Source: Candidatus Hecatellales archaeon (GTDB taxonomy: Archaea; Thermoproteota; Bathyarchaeia; Hecatellales; Hecatellaceae). From it: DNA of 40,946 bases. The position numbers were made by a program, and so were the translations under genes. This document shows positions 1 through 9,418 of the stretch, piece after piece. Below the pieces are notes generated by a model. It was given only the letters and a program-made list of their open reading frames with translations, did no database searches and was not told the DNA's origin. The stretch is taken from NCBI GenBank assembly GCA_003661965.1, contig QMXD01000003.1:1-40946 (forward strand). Direction: 5' to 3'. Every line of letters starts with the position of its first letter. The first letter of the stretch is position 1.

Positions 1-109
1 CACCCAAAACACACCTACGTTCACAAAGAATACATTCAACCTTTCCGTTTCCAAGCCTCCTATAAAGCTTTGCCTCCCTTACCGTTTGCTGTTTTAAAAG
101 GTTTTCCAT
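1..109 (-). CDS. 5' fragment (36 codons, runs off the window) of a probable AmmeMemoRadiSam-system radical SAM enzyme (PFL-activating-enzyme-like)
   Basis: Read manually (not in ORF track): ATG at 109 gives MENLLKQQTVREAKLYRRLGNGKVECILCERRCVLG; EA.LY..L...V.C.LC...C is the typical N-terminal Cys motif of this family; divergent from the ACAD gene. Confidence 0.7.
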   Translation of the reverse strand, partial: MENLLKQQTVREAKLYRRLGNGKVECILCERRCVLG

Positions 110-218
110 ACCAACCAGCCAACCACAACTTTTATTCTCAAACAAAAAATTAAACATTTAAGTCTTAACTTCACCCATATTAGAGTTAAAAGAAAAATGG
201 AGCCTGGGGATTTAAATC

Positions 219-1357
219 TTGGATTTTGAGTTAACAGAAGAACAAAAAGACATTAGAAGAGCTGTTCAAGAATTCACCCAAAAAGAATTCACCAAAGAAA
301 AAGCCTTAGAATATGACCAGAAGGGGGAATTCCCCTATGAGCTATGGAAAAAGGCATGTAAACTAGGATTTATTGGTATCCATTTTCCTGAGGAGTATGG
401 GGGTCAAGGTTTCGGTGTTTTTGAGAATGTTTTGGTGATTGAGGAGTTTTGTAGGGTTGACTCAAGTATTGGTGTAGCCTTATCCCTAACAAGCTTCGCC
501 TCAGAAATTATCCTTAGAAAGGGAAACGAAGACCAAAAGAAAAAATTTTTACCTTTGGTTGCAGGGGGAAGGCTATTTCTGCTGGTGCTTTCACTGAGCC
601 TGAACATGGAAGCGACATTACCTTTTTATCCACAAAAGCCTCTAGGGTTGGTGGTAGCTACATAATTAACGGAACAAAAACCTTCATAACCAACGGAACC
701 ATAGCCGACTTTATAGTTACACTTTGCCAAACAAACCCTGAAGCAAAACCAACCTATAGAGGTCAAAGCCTAATAATAGTTGAAAAGGGTGTTAAAGGAC
801 TTGAAACAACAAAAATAGGGAATAAGATGGGTATAAGGGCTTCTCCAACAGCTGAAATATCCTTTAACGATGTTGAGGTTCCAGCTGAAAACCTTATTGG
901 AGAAGAAAATAAGGGTTTTTATTACACGTTAGAGTTTTTTGATGAAAGCAGAATCCAAATTGCAGCTCAAGCTGTAGGGATTGCTCAGGGTGCTTTTGAT
1001 CGTGCTTTAAGGTATGCTAGGGAAAGGGAGCAGTTTGGACGTAAAATCATAGAATTCCAAACAATCCAACACAAACTAGCAGAAATGGCAACAAAAATAG
1101 AAACTGCTAGGCTTTTAACCTATAAGGCGGCTTGGAATTTTGATAGGGGGAGAATAGATCCTAAGTTGACTTCTATGGCTAAGTGTTATGCTTCTAGGGT
1201 TGCTGTTGAAGTTACAAACGAGGCTGTTCAAATCTTTGGAGGCTACGGATACATAGCAGAAAACGAGGTAGAAAGATACTATAGAGACGCAAAAATAACA
1301 GAAATATACGAAGGAACAACTGAAATCCAGAAAAATACGATAGTAAAGTTTCTTTAG
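219..1357 (+). pseudogene. Acyl-CoA dehydrogenase split by a single frameshift at about 564-571 (pseudogene or sequence error)
   Basis: ORFs 219..665 and 827..1357 are the N- and C-halves; switching to the -1 frame at AAG 569 restores KAISAGAFTEPEHGSD...INGTKTFITNG and joins a 379-aa ACAD ending in IYEGT. Confidence 0.88.
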
Positions 1358-1367
1358 CTCCTTATCC

Positions 1368-1380
1368 TAGTTTTTAACTA
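1368..1380 (+). terminator. Possible T-tract terminator / mini-hairpin after the ACAD gene
   Basis: TAGTT-TTT-AACTA with a T5 run 10 nt after the stop codon. Confidence 0.3.
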
Positions 1381-1507
1381 AAAATGTAAGCTTAAGCTTA
1401 GGTAAATATACAACGTTTAAAGTTAAGATTTAGCTTCCCCTAATACCGAGCCATATGCTGCCAACCTTTTCCTAACAAGCATATTCTGAAACTTTTTTCT
1501 GCATTTT

Positions 1508-4354
1508 CTAATCCCAAAACATTCTTGTTCTTAAATATTCTCTTTCAGCCTTTAAAATCTCCATATAAAACTCATCCTCACTTTTAGGTTTTTTAGCCAA
1601 TATTTTTGCTGCTTTGGTTGGTCCAATACCTTTTCCAGCCAAAACCACCACAGCCTTTTTTCCATAGGTTTGAACTAGGCTTGCGTTTTTCCATGTTGTA
1701 AGCCAAACTTTTTCTTCATCTGGTGTAAGCTTTTTCCCACTAAGCCTTTTTCTAACAATTTTTCCTGTTTCCCTATCGTTTTCATGGGTTATGGCTACTA
1801 GTGTTGAACCACATTTTGGGCATCTAATTTTTTCTGGTAGGTTTGATATTCTTCTTAGGGTTTCCCAGTCTGCCTTAAAAACACATATAAGTCTAACAGT
1901 TTTCCTGTTTAATCTTTCCTTTACAATTGGGAGAATTTCACCTTTTTCTTTTACTGGTCTTAGAAGGTCGTGTGGTGCTATTTTGTCAAGTAGGGGTATG
2001 GCTATAGGTGAAGGATTCTCCTTTAAAGGTGAAACCTCAACCTTTATTTCTCCATCCCTAACCCACTGAACTATCTTTTTAACGTTTTCCACATCTAAGT
2101 CTTCAAGAAGAATTTCACGGCGAGTTTCCCTATAAACTGGTGTGTCTTTTAGTGCTTTAACTAAGGCTTTAGCATGAGAAACCCTATACTCAGCATTTTT
2201 AGAGACTACTCCAAACCTTTTTGCGTTATTCCAAAACCTCCAAAGAAAAAGGTTTGTCTGGTCTAAGACTACATCTAAAACTTTTTCTACATCCTCCTCT
2301 GTTAAAGCCTCTATTTGACTTTTAACCATGTAGGGGTCTATAGGATAGGGTGTAATAAGTGCAATCCTATACGGGTCTGATTGGAAAGCAATCTCTAAAC
2401 CTGTTTTTGAGGTTAGGAGTGATGCAAGAAGAAGGCTTAAGGTTTTGTTTGGTTTATCACCAAAACAACCATGGATAACCGTATAGTTTTCAAAGTTTTC
2501 AATAACAATGTTTTTGTCGTGGGGGATAGGAAAACCCTCCTCAACCTGTCTTCTAACAGTTTCAACAACCTTCCCCTTTGAATCTTCATCCATAGGATAG
2601 GCTTCCAAAATTTTTGGAGTTTCCCCACCTAAAACATTCTCAGCCAAAACTCTCCTAATTTTTCCAACTTCTTGGGCAATGTTGAAAGGTACAGGTATAA
2701 CTTCCCCCTCCCATGAGGGTATGGCTGCTGGTGTAGGTTCAACCTCCTCAACCTCAACAATATCTTTTTCCTCATCCACAGCCAAAATCTGCCATACCAA
2801 GCCGTGAAGAATAAACTGGTTTCTAGGTTTCCCGTTTCTAGCAACAAACTCTTGGTCTAGGTAGCCAACCTTTCTTCTTGTAACATTATCAACAACAAGA
2901 TAATGTTTAACCTCAGGTATCATTGAAAGGTTTTCAAAATAGTATTTGTAGCTTTGGGGAGACCTAACCAAAACTTTCCCATCATAAAAACCTATTATCC
3001 CCTCGGTTTTAAGCTGGTTTAGGGTTTCAAGAAAATCTTCAAAGTTTAGGTGTGTGTAGGGGTAAGCTTTTACAAGAGTATCATAAATTTCTTTTGCGTT
3101 TAGGGAGCCGTGGGTTAAAACCATCCCCACAATCTGGTGGGCTAAAACATCTAAAGCATTATAATGGATTTTAGGCTCCTCCAACTCTTCAACTAAAGCC
3201 TTCCTTAAGATAACAGCAGACTCTAAAATGTCGTCAAACCATACAGCTATAATACATCCTGAAGGTTCACCTTCAACCGTGTGGCTGCTACGACCTATCC
3301 TTTGAATTATTTTTGAAACCTGTTTTGGTGACTGATATTGGATTACATAGTCTATAAACCCTATATCTATACCAAGCTCAAGTGAGGATGTGCAAACAAC
3401 AGCCTTTAACTCTCCCCTCTTAATTAGTTCTTCAACCTCGACCCTTGAATCCCTAGAGATTGAGCCGTGGTGGGCTGCAAAAGCCAAGTCTGGATTTAGC
3501 ATCCTAATTTTTAAGGCTAAAGACTCTGTATGTTCTCTTGTGTTTGTAAAGATTAGGGTTGACCTATGGCTTTTAACAATCTCCAAAATTCTTCTAATAC
3601 GGCTTATTGTTCCAGCTGGAATCATAAACTCTTTTGAGAGTTTTTCGTCTGTTTGGTTTGGGTTTGGGTTTTCAACTTTAACCTTCATTAACCTAAAAGT
3701 TTTTGCTTTAACAATTTTCACGTTTCTATCTTTACCAGCAAGAAATCTTCCAACAACCTCAGGATTTCCAACCGTTGCTGAAAGCCCTATTCTCTGAAAA
3801 TCTTTTTCGGTTATTCTGGCTAGTCTTTCAAGCCCAAGTGAAAGCTGGCTTCCACGTTTATCATCAGCTAACTCATGAACCTCGTCAACAATAACCCAGC
3901 TAACGTTTTTTAGGTGTTTTATCATTCTTTTACCGACAAGGATTGCTTGAAGTGTTTCTGGTGTTGTTATAAGCATGTCAGGTGGAAACTCAGCCTGAAT
4001 TTTTCTTAGTTTTGTGGGTGTGTCTCCATGTCTAATCTCAACCTTTAACCCAATTCTTTCCCCAATCTTAACAAGTCTCCTAAAAATATCCCTGTTTAAA
4101 GACCTAAGGGGTGTAATGTAAAGTATCGATATTGGGGCTGTTTTACCTTGGCTTCTAAGCCTCAAAAACTTTTCAAAAACTGGTAGGATTGCAGCCTCAG
4201 TTTTTCCTTCACCAGTTGGAGCTATAACTAAAACGTTTTCTCCAGCTAAAATTGGTGGGATGGCAAGCTTTTGGATTTCTGTAAACTTTTTTATTCCAAG
4301 TCTTTCTATTTCTTGGAGAATTGGTTTACTAAAAAAGTTAAGGTTTGTATCCAA
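1508..4354 (-). CDS. lhr: Archaeal Lhr-like SF2 helicase (948 aa)
   Basis: APTGEGKT Walker A, DEVH, SAT, QRIGRS motif VI, Lhr-type wHTH and C-terminal region, CPKCG; TTG start. Confidence 0.92.
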   Translation of the reverse strand: MDTNLNFFSKPILQEIERLGIKKFTEIQKLAIPPILAGENVLVIAPTGEGKTEAAILPVFEKFLRLRSQGKTAPISILYITPLRSLNRDIFRRLVKIGERIGLKVEIRHGDTPTKLRKIQAEFPPDMLITTPETLQAILVGKRMIKHLKNVSWVIVDEVHELADDKRGSQLSLGLERLARITEKDFQRIGLSATVGNPEVVGRFLAGKDRNVKIVKAKTFRLMKVKVENPNPNQTDEKLSKEFMIPAGTISRIRRILEIVKSHRSTLIFTNTREHTESLALKIRMLNPDLAFAAHHGSISRDSRVEVEELIKRGELKAVVCTSSLELGIDIGFIDYVIQYQSPKQVSKIIQRIGRSSHTVEGEPSGCIIAVWFDDILESAVILRKALVEELEEPKIHYNALDVLAHQIVGMVLTHGSLNAKEIYDTLVKAYPYTHLNFEDFLETLNQLKTEGIIGFYDGKVLVRSPQSYKYYFENLSMIPEVKHYLVVDNVTRRKVGYLDQEFVARNGKPRNQFILHGLVWQILAVDEEKDIVEVEEVEPTPAAIPSWEGEVIPVPFNIAQEVGKIRRVLAENVLGGETPKILEAYPMDEDSKGKVVETVRRQVEEGFPIPHDKNIVIENFENYTVIHGCFGDKPNKTLSLLLASLLTSKTGLEIAFQSDPYRIALITPYPIDPYMVKSQIEALTEEDVEKVLDVVLDQTNLFLWRFWNNAKRFGVVSKNAEYRVSHAKALVKALKDTPVYRETRREILLEDLDVENVKKIVQWVRDGEIKVEVSPLKENPSPIAIPLLDKIAPHDLLRPVKEKGEILPIVKERLNRKTVRLICVFKADWETLRRISNLPEKIRCPKCGSTLVAITHENDRETGKIVRKRLSGKKLTPDEEKVWLTTWKNASLVQTYGKKAVVVLAGKGIGPTKAAKILAKKPKSEDEFYMEILKAEREYLRTRMFWD

Positions 4355-4601
4355 AACGTTTCCGCCACTCTCTAAAAAAGTAAGCCATAAAAATTTTTAG
4401 GTCAACCTTTTTAAACCTATCCTCCTCCTTTTTTACCTCTTCCTCTAGGAGGCTTTTTAACTGTTCAGGTTTTTCAACCCTATCTAAACATTTAAAACAG
4501 ACGTTTTTTATCCATTCTAGGTTTTGAAGGTAGGGTGCAGACTCCATAAAAGCATCAAAAACAAGCTGTTTTAGCAGGTTAAGGTTTTTTTCTTCAACCA
4601 A
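4338..4601 (-). CDS. Small alpha-helical hypothetical protein (87 aa), overlapping the lhr start
   Basis: TTG start, genome-typical codon usage, 17-nt overlap with lhr, fills otherwise empty space; contains CFKC. Confidence 0.7.
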   Translation of the reverse strand: MVEEKNLNLLKQLVFDAFMESAPYLQNLEWIKNVCFKCLDRVEKPEQLKSLLEEEVKKEEDRFKKVDLKIFMAYFFREWRKRFGYKP

Positions 4602-4777
4602 GTTTTAGTCAACAAATATTTTTACGGTTGGGCTAACTAAACTTTTCCCATTAAACTTTTTCAACCCCAAAAAGAAGAATAAAAGCTAAACCTAAAACAA
4701 CCACGGATAAACCAAACAGTAAAGTTTTAAGAGCCTCAAAATTTTCAAACATAGATAAAGCCAAAAAATATGGTTGT

Positions 4778-6187
4778 CTAGGATTCTTTTTTCTCCTTAT
4801 ATTTTGGATGATACTTCTTGATGTAGACAGGGTCTATACGTTTAAGCTCTGTTTCAGGAAACATCGCCAAAAGATTCCAACCTATATCCAAGGTTTTTTC
4901 AATATCCCTATCCTCGTAGGGACCCTGATTAATAAACTCTCTCTCATATCTGTCTGCAAACTCAAGGTAGAGTCTGTCTCTCTCTGTTAAGGCTTCCTCA
5001 CCAATAACAGCCACAAGCTCTCTTAGGCTTCTCCCCTCAGCATAAGCATAGTAAAGCTGGTCTGCAACATACCTATGCTCCTCTCTTGTTTTACCCTTAC
5101 CTATACCCTCATTCATAAGCCTTGAAAGACTTGGTAAAACGTTAATCGGAGGATAAATTCCCTTCATGTGGAGAGCTCTCTCAACATAGATTTGCCCCTC
5201 TGTAATATATCCTGTTAGGTCTGGAATCGGATGGGTTATATCGTCGTGAGGCATGGTTAGGATGGGTATCTGGGTTACTGAACCCTTCCTCCCATGGATT
5301 CTTCCAGCCCTCTCATAGATTGTTGCTAAGTCTGTATACATGTATCCAGGGTAGCCTCTTCTTCCAGGAACCTCTTCTCTTGCAGCTGAAATTTCTCTTA
5401 GGGCTTCAGCATAGTTAGTCATGTCTGTCAAGATTACTAGGATGTGGAGGTCGTAGTCGAAAGCCAAAAATTCAGCAGCGGTTAATGCAAGTCTTGGGGT
5501 AATAAGCCTCTCAATAGCAGGGTCGTCAGCCAAATTAATAAACATGACAACCCTATCCATAGCACCTCTCTTTTCAAAGTCTTCTCTAAAGAATCTTGCC
5601 TCATCAGAGGTAATCCCCATAGCTGCAAAAACAACAGCAAACTCCTCCTCTTTACCTAAAACTTTAGCCTGTCTTGCTATTTGTGCAGCTATAAGGTTGT
5701 GGGGTAAACCTGAACCTGAAAACAGGGGTAGTTTTTGTCCTCTAACAAGCGTATTCATCCCATCTATAGCTGAAATTCCTGTCTGGATGAATTCTGATGG
5801 GTGGGCTCTAGAATATGGGTTTATTGGAGCACCATGAATATCTCTTTCATCCTCAGGTATTATTTCAGGTCCTCCATCGATGGGTTTACCGCTTCCATCA
5901 AAAATTCTTCCTATAATGTCTAGGGAGACAGGAAACTTTAGGGTGTCTCCAGTAAACCTTGTAACGGTTTTTGTAACATCTAAACCTGAGGTTCCCTCAA
6001 AAACCTGAACTATAGCCCTCTTCTCATCAACCTCTAAAACCTGCCCTGTTCTTTCCTCTCCTGTCGGTGTTCTAATTTTTACAACCTCACCATAGGAAAT
6101 ACCTGTTGTTCTTTCAACAAAAAGTAGTGGTCCTGCTATCTCTTTTACGGTTGAATATTCTTTTCCAGTTAAAATTGTTTTACTCAA
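4778..6187 (-). CDS. atpB: A/V-type ATP synthase subunit B
   Basis: [50 protein letters not shown]. Confidence 0.98.
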   Translation of the reverse strand: MSKTILTGKEYSTVKEIAGPLLFVERTTGISYGEVVKIRTPTGEERTGQVLEVDEKRAIVQVFEGTSGLDVTKTVTRFTGDTLKFPVSLDIIGRIFDGSGKPIDGGPEIIPEDERDIHGAPINPYSRAHPSEFIQTGISAIDGMNTLVRGQKLPLFSGSGLPHNLIAAQIARQAKVLGKEEEFAVVFAAMGITSDEARFFREDFEKRGAMDRVVMFINLADDPAIERLITPRLALTAAEFLAFDYDLHILVILTDMTNYAEALREISAAREEVPGRRGYPGYMYTDLATIYERAGRIHGRKGSVTQIPILTMPHDDITHPIPDLTGYITEGQIYVERALHMKGIYPPINVLPSLSRLMNEGIGKGKTREEHRYVADQLYYAYAEGRSLRELVAVIGEEALTERDRLYLEFADRYEREFINQGPYEDRDIEKTLDIGWNLLAMFPETELKRIDPVYIKKYHPKYKEKKES

Positions 6188-6193
6188 AATTTC

Positions 6194-7966
6194 TCATCTC
6201 CTAAGGGTTGTATAAAGCGAGTTAAACTGTTCACTAATTTTAGACTCAATCTCCTTACAAACTTTTACAGCCTCATCTAATGGTGCAAGCTTCATTCTTG
6301 CAATATCCTCTAAAACTGGTAGGGATAGGATGCTTTTAATTGGAACACCACGTTCAACAGCCTTCCCCATCTCCTCATAAAACCTGATAATAACCCTAAG
6401 CATACTGTAACATTTTTCTATTGAACAGTAGGTGTCAACAGGATGGTAGGCACTCTGCATTAAAAAGTCTTCCCTAATCATTCTTGCAGCCTCCAAAATT
6501 ACTCTTTGACTTTCGGATAGGGCATCAGGACCTACAAGCCTAACTATCTCCTGTAACTCCTCCTCTCTTTGAAGCAGCCATAAGGCTTTTCCTCTAAGCT
6601 CAAGAAACTCTGGGTTAACGTTTCTCCTATACCATTCCTCTAAGCTTTCAGAGTAGAGGGAATAGCTTGTAAGCCAGTTTATAGCTGGGAAATGTCTTTT
6701 CTCAGCTAAAGTTTTATCCAAACCCCAGAAAACCTTAATGATTCTTAGGGTGTTTTGGGTTACAGGCTCAGAAAAGTCTGCTCCTGGAGGTGAAACAGCA
6801 CCAACAACACTAACAGAACCTATTCTCTCAGTTGAACCTAAAGTTAAAACTCTTCCAGCCCTCTCATAAAACTCTGAAAGACGTGAGGCTAGATAGGCTG
6901 GATAACCCTCCTCACCAGGCATCTCCTCAAGTCTACCTGAAATTTCTCTTAGGGCTTCAGCCCAACGTGAGGTTGAATCTGCCATTAAGGCTACATCATA
7001 ACCCATATCCCTAAAATACTCACCCATAGTAATACCTGTATAAATACTTGCCTCCCTAGCTGCAATAGGCATGTTTGAAGTGTTTGCAACTAGAATTGTT
7101 CTATCCATTAACGGGTAGCCAGACCTAGGGTCTTTAAGCTTCGGAAACCTTTCAAGAACCTCAGCCATCTCATTTCCTCTTTCACCACAACCAACATAAA
7201 TAACAACGTTAGCATCAGCCCACTGAGCAAGCTGATGAAGCATAACAGTTTTACCTGTCCCAAAACCTCCAGGAATTGCTCCCTGTCCACCCTTAACCAT
7301 AGGGAAAAACGTGTCAAATATTCTTTGACCAGTTAAAAGTGGTGTGTCTGGTGGAAGCTTAACCTTATAGGGTCTCCCCCTTCTAACAGGCCATGTTTGA
7401 ACCATTTTAAGTTTAACATCACCAGCCTCAGTTTCAACAGTTGCAATTTCATCCATTATCGTATATTTGCCTTCCTTAACAATGTCTTTAATGGTACCGT
7501 GAACATCAGGTGGAACAAGAATCCTATGGGTTACAAGTGGTGTTTCAGGAACAGTTCCAAGGATATCTCCACCAACAACCCTATCCCCAACCTTTACGGA
7601 GGGGGTAAAATCCCATTTTTTATCCCTATCTAAAGATGGGATAGCAAAACCACGTTTAAAGAACGGTCCAATAAGTTCTTGAGTTTTAGGTAAGGGTCTT
7701 TGAATACCATCATAGGTTTGACCAATAATACCTGGGCCAAGCTCAACAGATAAAGGTCTACCTGTTCTTTCAACAGGTTCTCCAGGTTTAAGTCCTGCTG
7801 TCTCCTCGTAAACCTGAATTATTGCTTTATTCCCCTCAATTTTAATAATTTCACCAACAAGTTTTTCTTCTCCAACTCTAACAAGCTCATACATTTGGCT
7901 TCCAGTCATGTTGTCTGCGGTAACAGCAGGCCCTGAAACTCTAACTATTCTCCCTTTAGCCTCCAA
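6194..7966 (-). CDS. atpA: A/V-type ATP synthase subunit A (no intein)
   Basis: GGFGTGKT P-loop, [21 protein letters not shown]; SD GGTGG 6 nt before TTG. Confidence 0.98.
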   Translation of the reverse strand: MEAKGRIVRVSGPAVTADNMTGSQMYELVRVGEEKLVGEIIKIEGNKAIIQVYEETAGLKPGEPVERTGRPLSVELGPGIIGQTYDGIQRPLPKTQELIGPFFKRGFAIPSLDRDKKWDFTPSVKVGDRVVGGDILGTVPETPLVTHRILVPPDVHGTIKDIVKEGKYTIMDEIATVETEAGDVKLKMVQTWPVRRGRPYKVKLPPDTPLLTGQRIFDTFFPMVKGGQGAIPGGFGTGKTVMLHQLAQWADANVVIYVGCGERGNEMAEVLERFPKLKDPRSGYPLMDRTILVANTSNMPIAAREASIYTGITMGEYFRDMGYDVALMADSTSRWAEALREISGRLEEMPGEEGYPAYLASRLSEFYERAGRVLTLGSTERIGSVSVVGAVSPPGADFSEPVTQNTLRIIKVFWGLDKTLAEKRHFPAINWLTSYSLYSESLEEWYRRNVNPEFLELRGKALWLLQREEELQEIVRLVGPDALSESQRVILEAARMIREDFLMQSAYHPVDTYCSIEKCYSMLRVIIRFYEEMGKAVERGVPIKSILSLPVLEDIARMKLAPLDEAVKVCKEIESKISEQFNSLYTTLRR

Positions 7967-8068
7967 ATTTTACCACCTAACCTTTCATGTTTCGTTTTAA
8001 CCCTTTTTCTGTCTGAAAATACTAGAAAATTATAGGTATTAAAGGTTTATCGTTAGCTAACAAAAAAT

Positions 8069-8386
8069 TTAGAGTTTTATCTCAACACCAACGGTTCTTT
8101 TAACTAGGGCTAAAAGCGGTGAAACTCTTCCAGGGATTGGTCCTTCCTTTCCAGGTATAACCAAAATTGTTGGATAGATTCTTTTTGAAATTTCGTCTAT
8201 TACATGTTTAATTTCATCAGCAATTTTTTCTGTTGTTAAAATTATTACAACATCCTTGTTGTCTGTAAGCTTCCACATTATTTCCTCAGCTTCTTTAGCT
8301 GTTTTTACACCGTAGGAGAGTTTTATTCCTGATACTCTAAAAAATGTGGCAACATCCTCATCAGCAACAACAGCCATCTTAGCCAT
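8069..8386 (-). CDS. atpF: A/V-type ATP synthase subunit F
   Basis: 105 aa, AVVADEDVATFFRVSGI and VKRTVGVEI motifs, directly upstream of atpA. Confidence 0.88.
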   Translation of the reverse strand: MAKMAVVADEDVATFFRVSGIKLSYGVKTAKEAEEIMWKLTDNKDVVIILTTEKIADEIKHVIDEISKRIYPTILVIPGKEGPIPGRVSPLLALVKRTVGVEIKL

Positions 8387-8500
8387 TCATCCACCAACCC
8401 TAACCGTCTTCAACTCCTAAACTTGTTTATTTTCCCTTAAAAAATTTTGGATTTTTCGGTTTGATGGGGTCTTCTAGGGTGAGAATAAGGTTTTTAAGGC

Positions 8501-8512
8501 AAACGTTTTAAG
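8501..8512 (+). promoter_or_regulatory. BRE/TATA-like promoter of the CBS-treT operon
   Basis: AAACGTTTTAAG about 35 nt upstream of ATG 8546; same AAAC(N)TTTA pattern as at 151, 17419 and 28966. Confidence 0.45.
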
Positions 8513-8545
8513 GTTAAACTTACTCTAACCTATTGGTGTTTCTTA

Positions 8546-9418
8546 ATGAATCTTCTAGAGGTTGTTTGCAGTAGACCTGTTGTTGGCTTGAATGATAAGC
8601 TTCTTTCAGTCTTAAATATTCTGGGTAGGAAGGGGACACCGTATAGGGTTGTTGTTCTTGGTGAAGATTTTAGGGTTAAGGGTGTTATTAGTGGACGTAG
8701 GATACTTGAGGTTTTGCTTGGTAGACGTGGTGAAGCATTAAAAACAAGGAAGGGTTTAAGGGGTGTTTTAGAGGAGCCTATAAGCCTATTTTTAGATGAG
8801 GCTAGAAACGTTTTCCCTGAAAACGTTACACTTCAAACGGTTTTACAGTATATGGCTGAGAATAGTCTTGGTTATATTATCGTGGTTAATGAGAATCATG
8901 TTTTTAAGGGTGTTGTTGATGAGGCTGCAATTTTAGGTAAACTTTTAAACAAAACTTTTGGTATTAAGGTTAAAGATGTTATGAGTTATCCTGCACTTAC
9001 AATTAATCCTGAAGCAAGCCTACTTGAAGCCTCAAACCTTATGGTTGATTCTAGGGTTAGAAGATTGCTTGTTACAAGGGATGATGTTTTAGTCGGTATT
9101 TTGACTATCACGGATGTTTTACACCATGTTTTGGTGAGAGAGAGGGAAATGGAGTCTGAGCTTTACGATGTTGAAACAATTTTTAAGGCTAAGGTTGATG
9201 AGGTTATGAATACAAACATAATTTCTATCTATCTTGAGAAGGATGTTGGTGAGGCTATAGACAAAATTATTGGAAACGATATAAGCTGTTTACCGGTTTC
9301 CGTTGAAGGTAAGCTTTCAGGTGTGGTTTGTAGGATAGACTTGGTTTCTGGAATTGTCAAAATTAAGGGTGTTCCGGAAGTAGTTAGGATGATGGGGTTA
9401 GAAGCCAAAAATGAGTAG
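8546..9418 (+). CDS. Stand-alone CBS-domain protein (about four CBS repeats)
   Basis: VKDVMSYPALTINPEASLLEA...RVRRLLV...LVGILTITDV and a second ISCLPV...LSGVVCRIDL repeat; overlaps treT by 8 nt. Confidence 0.85.
   Translation: MNLLEVVCSRPVVGLNDKLLSVLNILGRKGTPYRVVVLGEDFRVKGVISGRRILEVLLGRRGEALKTRKGLRGVLEEPISLFLDEARNVFPENVTLQTVLQYMAENSLGYIIVVNENHVFKGVVDEAAILGKLLNKTFGIKVKDVMSYPALTINPEASLLEASNLMVDSRVRRLLVTRDDVLVGILTITDVLHHVLVREREMESELYDVETIFKAKVDEVMNTNIISIYLEKDVGEAIDKIIGNDISCLPVSVEGKLSGVVCRIDLVSGIVKIKGVPEVVRMMGLEAKNE

Noticed and set aside
663-826. Stop-codon readthrough (Sec/Pyl) to explain the split ACAD
   Set aside because: The halves are in different frames, so a frameshift rather than readthrough is needed
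1425-1507. Tiny ORFs (6, 10 and 19 codons) in the ACAD-lhr gap
   Set aside because: No convincing SD or promoter pairing and no recognisable sequence; expected by chance
6194-7966. Intein in ATP synthase subunit A (common at the P-loop) or in Lhr/Cdc48
   Set aside because: Normal lengths and uninterrupted motifs
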